From an uncultured Gemmatimonadales bacterium (GTDB taxonomy: Bacteria > Gemmatimonadota > Gemmatimonadetes > Gemmatimonadales > Gemmatimonadaceae): a DNA stretch of 64,000 bases. The first letter of the stretch is position 1. Each line of letters opens with the position of its first letter. The notes beneath the pieces were generated by a model, which was not told the DNA's origin, ran no database searches, and saw only the letters and a program-made list of their open reading frames with translations. Position numbers and translations under genes: made by a program. Where the stretch lies: positions 1 to 64,000 of the forward strand of contig CAWKNZ010000002.1 of NCBI GenBank assembly GCA_963851265.1, in the 5' to 3' direction. Of this stretch, positions 58,468-64,000 are shown piece by piece.

Positions 58468-59862
58468 TCACAGCACCCGCTCCAGGAGCGCCGCCCCTCC
58501 GTCGCGCGCCTTCTCCCACCACGGCCGCCGGTGCATCGCGTCGCGCGTCATCTCGCGGCTGTACCGCAGGTCGTTGAGGAACGTCCGCTCCATCCCACCC
58601 ACCACCGTCGAGTCGAGCATCAGCAGCGTCGTCTCGTCGTTGAAGGCGAGCGAGCGGTTGTCGAAGTTCATCGACCCCACGCTCCCCCACTGCCCGTCGA
58701 CGGTGAGCGTCTTGGCGTGCATGTTGGACGGCTGGTATTCGTAGATCCGCACGCCGCCGGCGAGCAGCTCCTCGTACCGGAACCGCCCCGCCCAGCGCGC
58801 GGTCTTCACGTCGCTCCGCGGCCCCGTCGTCAGCACGCGCACGTCGACGCCGCGCCGCGCGGCCGAGATGAGCAGCCGCCGGAAATCGTTGTCGGGGATG
58901 AAGTACGCGTTTGAGATGTAGAGCCGGTGTCGCGCCCCCGCGATCGACAGCGCGTAATACCGTTCGGCCGCGGTGCTCCCCGTCGACGGCACGGCGTGAA
59001 GGAGCCCCGCCTCGACGGCGCCCGAATCGCCCGAGGCCGGCCGGAACGACACGCCGGGATAGAAGGTGCGCCCCGTGAGCAGTTCGCCCGTCGCCTCGGC
59101 CCAGGTCGTCGCGAAGGTCGCCTGCAACTGCGCCACGGCCGGCCCCTCGAAGCGTACGTTGGTCTCGCGCCACTCGTTCGCGCGGCGCCCCCCACCCAGC
59201 CAGTAGTCCGCGAGCCCGAACCCGCCCGTGTAACCCACGCGCCCGTCGACCACCACCACGCGCGCGTGCGACCGTTCGGCCACCGTGTTGAGGTCGTTCC
59301 AGCGGAGCTGCCGCAGCCACGCCACCTCGACACCGCTGTGCGCGACGGCGTCGGCCCACCGGCGCGAGAGCGTCTGCGCGCCGAAGCCGTCGAGCAGCAG
59401 CAGCACCCGCGCGCCGCGGTGCGCGCAGTCGCCGAGCGCCGCGGCCAGGGTGTCGGCCACCGCGCCGGGCTTGGCGAAGTACATCTGCACCGTGACCGCG
59501 TGCTCGCAGCTCCGGATGTCGCGCCAGAGCCGCGGGTAGGTCCCGTCGCCGTTGTCCAGCACCTGCACGCGGTTCCCGGGGTGCAACTCCGCCCCGGTGT
59601 AGAGGGCCATCGTCCGCGCGAACAGCGAGTCGCCCGGGGACGGCGCGCCGTGCGCGTCACCCCGCGCGATCACGTACTCCACCGGCGTGCCCCGCGTCAT
59701 CGACAGCGCGCCGACGAGCGCGAGCGCCAGCACGAGGGCGACGGCCAGGTAGCTGAGCAGACGCCGCGCGACCGTCGGCCAGGGGACGTACGACGCCTCG
59801 GCGTCCGCGTCGTGGGCGGGACGGGCGGAGTCCGGAGCGGCCGGCGGAGAGGCGATGGCCAT
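58468..59862 (-). CDS. Cardiolipin synthase-like phospholipase D
   Basis: RSHARVVVVDG..GG and MHAKTLTVD..GSMNFDNRS; N-terminal TM segment. Confidence 0.88.
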   Translation of the reverse strand: MAIASPPAAPDSARPAHDADAEASYVPWPTVARRLLSYLAVALVLALALVGALSMTRGTPVEYVIARGDAHGAPSPGDSLFARTMALYTGAELHPGNRVQVLDNGDGTYPRLWRDIRSCEHAVTVQMYFAKPGAVADTLAAALGDCAHRGARVLLLLDGFGAQTLSRRWADAVAHSGVEVAWLRQLRWNDLNTVAERSHARVVVVDGRVGYTGGFGLADYWLGGGRRANEWRETNVRFEGPAVAQLQATFATTWAEATGELLTGRTFYPGVSFRPASGDSGAVEAGLLHAVPSTGSTAAERYYALSIAGARHRLYISNAYFIPDNDFRRLLISAARRGVDVRVLTTGPRSDVKTARWAGRFRYEELLAGGVRIYEYQPSNMHAKTLTVDGQWGSVGSMNFDNRSLAFNDETTLLMLDSTVVGGMERTFLNDLRYSREMTRDAMHRRPWWEKARDGGAALLERVL

Positions 59863-60033
59863 CGCGCGCGCCGATGCACCGCGCGTTCCACGCCGACGTG
59901 CCCGCGGCGCGTGGGTCACGCCGCGTGGGTCACCCCCCGCGTGGGTCCATGCCGCGTGGGATCACGCAACCGGCACGGCGCCGGTGCCGTACGTTGTCGC
60001 GCGCCGCGCCCCCTTAACCGCCCCCACCCGCCC

Positions 60034-60612
60034 ATGCACGCGACCGAGGAGTTCCAGTACCTGTCGGTGCTCGTCTCGATCGTCCTCGGCCTCGGCATCA
60101 CGCAGCTGCTCACCGGCGTCGGACGACTCGCCCAGGCGCGCGGGCGCGTGCGCGGCTACTGGCCGGCGGCGCTCTGGATCGTGCTGCTCTTTCTCATCCA
60201 CGTGCAGTCGTGGTGGGCGATCTTCGCGCTCCGCGACCATCACGCGTGGACGTTCCTCGCCTTCCTCGTCGTGCTCATGACGCCGACGAGTCTGTACCTC
60301 ATGGCCGCGCTCGCCCTGCCCGACGTCGACCTGCGGAGCGCCGAGCCGGTGGATCTGCGCGAGCACTACCACGCCCAGGCCCGCTGGTTCTTTGGCGCGG
60401 TGGAACTGGTGATTCTCTCGAGCCTGCTTCGACCGCTCGTCATCGACGGTCGGATCCCACTCGACGTCGACCGCGGCATCCAGGCCGTGTTCTTCGCGCT
60501 CGCGGGTGCCGCGATGGTGATCCGCCGCGAGGCGTTCCACCGCACGTTCGCCCTCGCCGGCGCGGCGCTGTACGCGGCGTACGTCGCCCTGCTCTTCACC
60601 AAACTGCCCTGA
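60034..60612 (+). CDS. Hypothetical integral membrane protein
   Basis: FQYLSVLVSIVLGLGITQLL; about 6 TM segments. Confidence 0.75.
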   Translation: MHATEEFQYLSVLVSIVLGLGITQLLTGVGRLAQARGRVRGYWPAALWIVLLFLIHVQSWWAIFALRDHHAWTFLAFLVVLMTPTSLYLMAALALPDVDLRSAEPVDLREHYHAQARWFFGAVELVILSSLLRPLVIDGRIPLDVDRGIQAVFFALAGAAMVIRREAFHRTFALAGAALYAAYVALLFTKLP

Positions 60613-60623
60613 GGCCGACCGCC

Positions 60624-62264
60624 GTGCGCCATCCAACGCCGCGCGTGCCCGCCGCGCTCGGCCCCGGCACGCTGACGGCACTCGCCGCGGGCGTGCTCGC
60701 GCTGCACGCCGCCGCCAACGCCGCGTCGCCCTACGGCGTGCACCGCGACGAACTCCTCTACCTCGCCATGGGCCGCCACCTGCGGCTCTGGGCGATGGAC
60801 TTCCCGCCGTTCATCGCCATCTGCGCCCAACTCACGCGTGCCGCGGCTCGGCCGTTCGGCGGCGAGCAGACCGTGGCGAACTCGCTCGCCACCCTCCGCC
60901 TCCTCCCGGCGCTCGCCGCCGCAGCCATCGTCGTGCTCGCCGTCGCGATCGCCCGCACACTCGGCGGCGGACGCGGAGCGCAGCTCATCGCCGCGGGATG
61001 CGTGCTCGCATCGCCGCTGTACATGCGCACCGGCGCGCTCTTCCAACCCGTCGTGTTCGACCAGCTCTGGTGGACGCTCGCGCTCTACGCCCTCGTCCGC
61101 CTCGAACGCGGCGCGGACGCCGCCGCGTCCGCCCCGGGCCGAAGTCGGCGCGACTGGCTGCTCCTCGGCGCGGCGCTCGGGCTCGGGCTGCTGACGAAGT
61201 TCTCGGTCGCGTTCATCGCGGTCGGCGTGCTCGCGGGCGTCCTGGCGACGCCGCTCCGCCGCGCGCTGCGCACCCCGTGGCCGTGGGCGGCAACGCTCCT
61301 CGCGCTGCTGATCGGCGCGCCCAGCGTGGTCGGACAGCTGCGGCTCGGGTGGCCGGTGGTGCAGCAGATGTCCGACCTGCGCGCGTCGCAGCTCGCGCAC
61401 GTCGGCCCGGGCGCGTTCCTGGGCGGCCAGCTCCTGTTCGGCCCGGCGGTCCTGCTCGCCGCGTTCGGCGTCTGGGCGCTCCTCGTCCGGAAGTCGTTCC
61501 GCGCCGGTCGCGCGGCAGCGGTCGCGTGCGTGGTCGCGTTCGCGCTGCTCCTCTTGGGGCACGGCAAGGCGTACTACATCGGCCCCATCTACCCGATGTT
61601 GTGGGCGGCGGGCGCTGTGGCGCTCGCGCAGGATGTCGCGCGGTGGCGTGCGACGCGGGCATCGCGCGCGCGACTCGGCATCGCGGTCGCACTCGTCACG
61701 GTGGCGCTGATTGCGCTCTACGGCCTCGCGGCCGTGCCACTCGGCGTCCCCCTCCTGCCGCCCGTGCCGATGGCCCGCTACGCGGCCGCGCTCGGTGTCG
61801 GCACCGAAACCAACACCGGCGGCCACCTCGCCCTCCCCCAGGACTTCGCCGACATGCTTGGCTGGCCCGAGCAGGCGCAGGCCGCGGCGCGCGTGTTTCA
61901 CACCCTCTCGCCCGCCGACCAGGCCCGCGCTGCGATCGCCGGCGGCAACTACGGCGAGGCGGGCGCGATCGAGCTGTACGGTCCCGCGCTAGGCGTTCCC
62001 GCCCCGGTGAGCGCCGCCGGCAGTTACTGGTTCTTCGGCCCCGGCGCGCGCCCGGGCGCCATCCTCGTCGCACTCGGCGATTCGGCGCACCTCGCGCGCG
62101 ACCTGCCTCGGCTGTACGCTCGCGTTCGCCCCGTGGCGCGCGCGATCCCGGACTCGCTCCGGCGCTGGGTCGTTCCCGAGCAGCGCAATACGTGGGTATT
62201 CGTCTGCGACGGCGCGCGGCGAACGCTACAGGACGTATGGCCGTCGCTGGGCGGTCGGAATTGA
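60624..62264 (+). CDS. Glycosyltransferase family 39 (ArnT/PMT-like)
   Basis: HRDELLY, DFPP, GLGLLTK, GKAYY; polytopic membrane protein. Confidence 0.85.
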   Translation: MRHPTPRVPAALGPGTLTALAAGVLALHAAANAASPYGVHRDELLYLAMGRHLRLWAMDFPPFIAICAQLTRAAARPFGGEQTVANSLATLRLLPALAAAAIVVLAVAIARTLGGGRGAQLIAAGCVLASPLYMRTGALFQPVVFDQLWWTLALYALVRLERGADAAASAPGRSRRDWLLLGAALGLGLLTKFSVAFIAVGVLAGVLATPLRRALRTPWPWAATLLALLIGAPSVVGQLRLGWPVVQQMSDLRASQLAHVGPGAFLGGQLLFGPAVLLAAFGVWALLVRKSFRAGRAAAVACVVAFALLLLGHGKAYYIGPIYPMLWAAGAVALAQDVARWRATRASRARLGIAVALVTVALIALYGLAAVPLGVPLLPPVPMARYAAALGVGTETNTGGHLALPQDFADMLGWPEQAQAAARVFHTLSPADQARAAIAGGNYGEAGAIELYGPALGVPAPVSAAGSYWFFGPGARPGAILVALGDSAHLARDLPRLYARVRPVARAIPDSLRRWVVPEQRNTWVFVCDGARRTLQDVWPSLGGRN

Positions 62265-62313
62265 CTTGCGGCGGTTGTGGGATAATATGCAGCCCCCAAT
62301 GCATAACATCCCG
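62261..62313 (+). promoter_or_regulatory. arg operon promoter with two ARG-box-like sites
   Basis: TTGACT...TAATAT; TGGGATAATATGCA (62278-62291) and TGCATAACATCCCG (62300-62313). Confidence 0.6.
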
Positions 62314-63336
62314 GTCGGCATCCTTGGCGCGAGCGGCTACGCGGGCCGCGAACTTTGCGCCCTCGTCGCCGCCCATCCGCGCTTCACCCTCGCCTTCGCG
62401 ACCGCCGACCGGCGCCGCGGCGAGACCGTACGCGTGGGGCCGCCCTACGGCCCGCCCGCCGCGGTCACCTTCGTCGCACCAGACGACGCCCCCCTCGGCG
62501 ACGCGGCCCTCGTCTTCGCCGCCCTCCCGCACGGCGCCTCCGCGGAGTGGAGCGCGCGCGCCCGCACCACCGGCGCGCGCGTTGTCGACCTCTCGAGCGA
62601 CCTCCGCCCCGGCCACCTCACCGACGCCGTGCGGCAGGCGCTCGCGCCCGCCGCGACGTCGACCGGCATTCCGTACGGACTCCCCGAGCTCTTCCGCGAT
62701 CAGGTGCGCTGCGCCGACGTGGTCGCCAACCCCGGCTGCTACCCGACCGCGATTCTCGTCGCGCTCGCCCCACTCGCCCGCGCGGGGCTGATCCGCCCCG
62801 GCGCGACCGTCGTCGCCGACGCGGCGAGCGGCGTCACCGGCGCGGGCAACTCGCCCAAGGAAGAACTGCTCTTCGGCGAGGTGACCGAGAACTTCCGCGC
62901 GTACGGCACCGCGAACGGCCCGTCGGGCCCCTCGGCCAACGTCCACCGTCATCTCCCCGAGATGACCGCAGCACTCGGCGCGCTCGGCGCCGACGCGGAT
63001 CTCGTCTTCACCCCGCATCTCCTGCCGGTCGCGCGCGGCATCCTCGCCACCTGCACGGTGCCCGTCACCGAACTGCCCGACGACCCGCTCGCCGTGTGGC
63101 GCGACGCGTACGCCGGCGAACCGTTCGTCGAGGTGACCGAGGCGATGCCGGCGATCACCGACGTCCAGCGGCGCAACGTCGTGCGCGTCACCGCCCTCCC
63201 GGTGCGCGGCGTGCGCACGCCCACACTGCTCGTCGTCGCGGCCATCGACAACCTCACCAAGGGCGCGGCCGGGCAGGCCGTGCAGAACGCCAACCTCATG
63301 CTCGGCCTCGACGAGACGGCCGGGCTGCCGCGCTAG
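62299..63336 (+). CDS. argC: N-acetyl-gamma-glutamyl-phosphate reductase
   Basis: GASGYAG, ALPHG, ANPGCYPT, SGVTGAG, DNLTKGAAGQAVQNAN; alternative ATG at 62287. Confidence 0.96.
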   Translation: MHNIPVGILGASGYAGRELCALVAAHPRFTLAFATADRRRGETVRVGPPYGPPAAVTFVAPDDAPLGDAALVFAALPHGASAEWSARARTTGARVVDLSSDLRPGHLTDAVRQALAPAATSTGIPYGLPELFRDQVRCADVVANPGCYPTAILVALAPLARAGLIRPGATVVADAASGVTGAGNSPKEELLFGEVTENFRAYGTANGPSGPSANVHRHLPEMTAALGALGADADLVFTPHLLPVARGILATCTVPVTELPDDPLAVWRDAYAGEPFVEVTEAMPAITDVQRRNVVRVTALPVRGVRTPTLLVVAAIDNLTKGAAGQAVQNANLMLGLDETAGLPR

Positions 63337-63339
63337 CCC

Positions 63340-64000
63340 ATGTTCGACCAGGGATCGCGCGACCACGGCATCGTCGTCGTCAAGATCGGCGGCCGCCCGC
63401 AGGCGGACCCCGCGCTGCCGGCGGCTCTCGCCGGGGTGTGGCGCGCCACCGGCGGGCGCCTGGTCGTCGTCCACGGCGGCGGCGACGCGGTGAGCGAACT
63501 CCAGCGTGCCCGCGGTGTCGAGCCGCGCTTCGTCGGCGGCCGCCGCGTCACCACCGCGGGCGACCTCGACGTGCTCCGCATGGCACTCTCGGGCCTCGCC
63601 AACAAGCAACTCGTCGCGGCGCTCGGCGCTGCGGGCGTGCCCGCCTTCGGCTGCTCGGGCGAGGACGGCGCACTCCTCACCGCCACGCGCACGGCCGACG
63701 CCGCGCTCGGCGCCGTCGGCGTGCCGGCGCGCGTCGACGCCCCCCTGCTGCACCTCTTGTTAGGCGCGGGGCGGTGTCCGGTCGTCTCGCCCGTCTCATC
63801 CGACGCCGGCGCCCCCGGCGCGGCGCTCAACGTGAACGGCGACGACGCCGCCGCCGCCGTAGCCGCGGCCCTCGGCGCCTCCGAACTGTTCTTCCTCGCC
63901 GACGTCCCCGGCGTGCTCGCCGGCGGTGCGCGCGACGGGGGTGCCCCGATCGCCGAACTCGATCAGGCGAGCGCACACGCCCTCGTCAGTAGCGGCACGG
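63340..64000 (+). CDS. argB: Acetylglutamate kinase (runs off the window end)
   Basis: VVKIGG, VVHGGG, GRRVT, NVNGD, LADVPGVL. Confidence 0.92.
   Translation, partial: MFDQGSRDHGIVVVKIGGRPQADPALPAALAGVWRATGGRLVVVHGGGDAVSELQRARGVEPRFVGGRRVTTAGDLDVLRMALSGLANKQLVAALGAAGVPAFGCSGEDGALLTATRTADAALGAVGVPARVDAPLLHLLLGAGRCPVVSPVSSDAGAPGAALNVNGDDAAAAVAAALGASELFFLADVPGVLAGGARDGGAPIAELDQASAHALVSSGT

Overview
High-GC (about 70-75% by eye) bacterial chromosomal window. Gene content and protein families suggest Gemmatimonadota (inference, no search run). It holds about 50 mostly housekeeping or stress genes (upp, mscL, trxC, add, argC-argB, Slt, KimA-like permease, two-component systems), an enlarged RNase P RNA and an IS630 remnant. 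Four items stand out. (1) An RNA-repair neighbourhood at 39.2-46.3 kb: ligase-less Pnkp, Mesh1-like HD hydrolase, a leader uORF ending RRAP with a terminator-like hairpin, a long RNA hairpin, a tRNA-like element with an ~80-nt extended anticodon arm, an internally deleted Ro60/Rsr gene, intact rtcB and a GIY-YIG nuclease. (2) A dispersed heptamer GCCTAAC/GTTAGGC (23 exact copies plus 5 GTCTAAC by manual count) that coincides with rare codons and TAA stops. (3) A TPR protein / small exported peptide / AraC cassette resembling peptide signalling. (4) An acidic-basic histone-H1-like protein with two RBS-backed starts. All calls come from reading the sequence and ORF track by eye, and start codons are best guesses.
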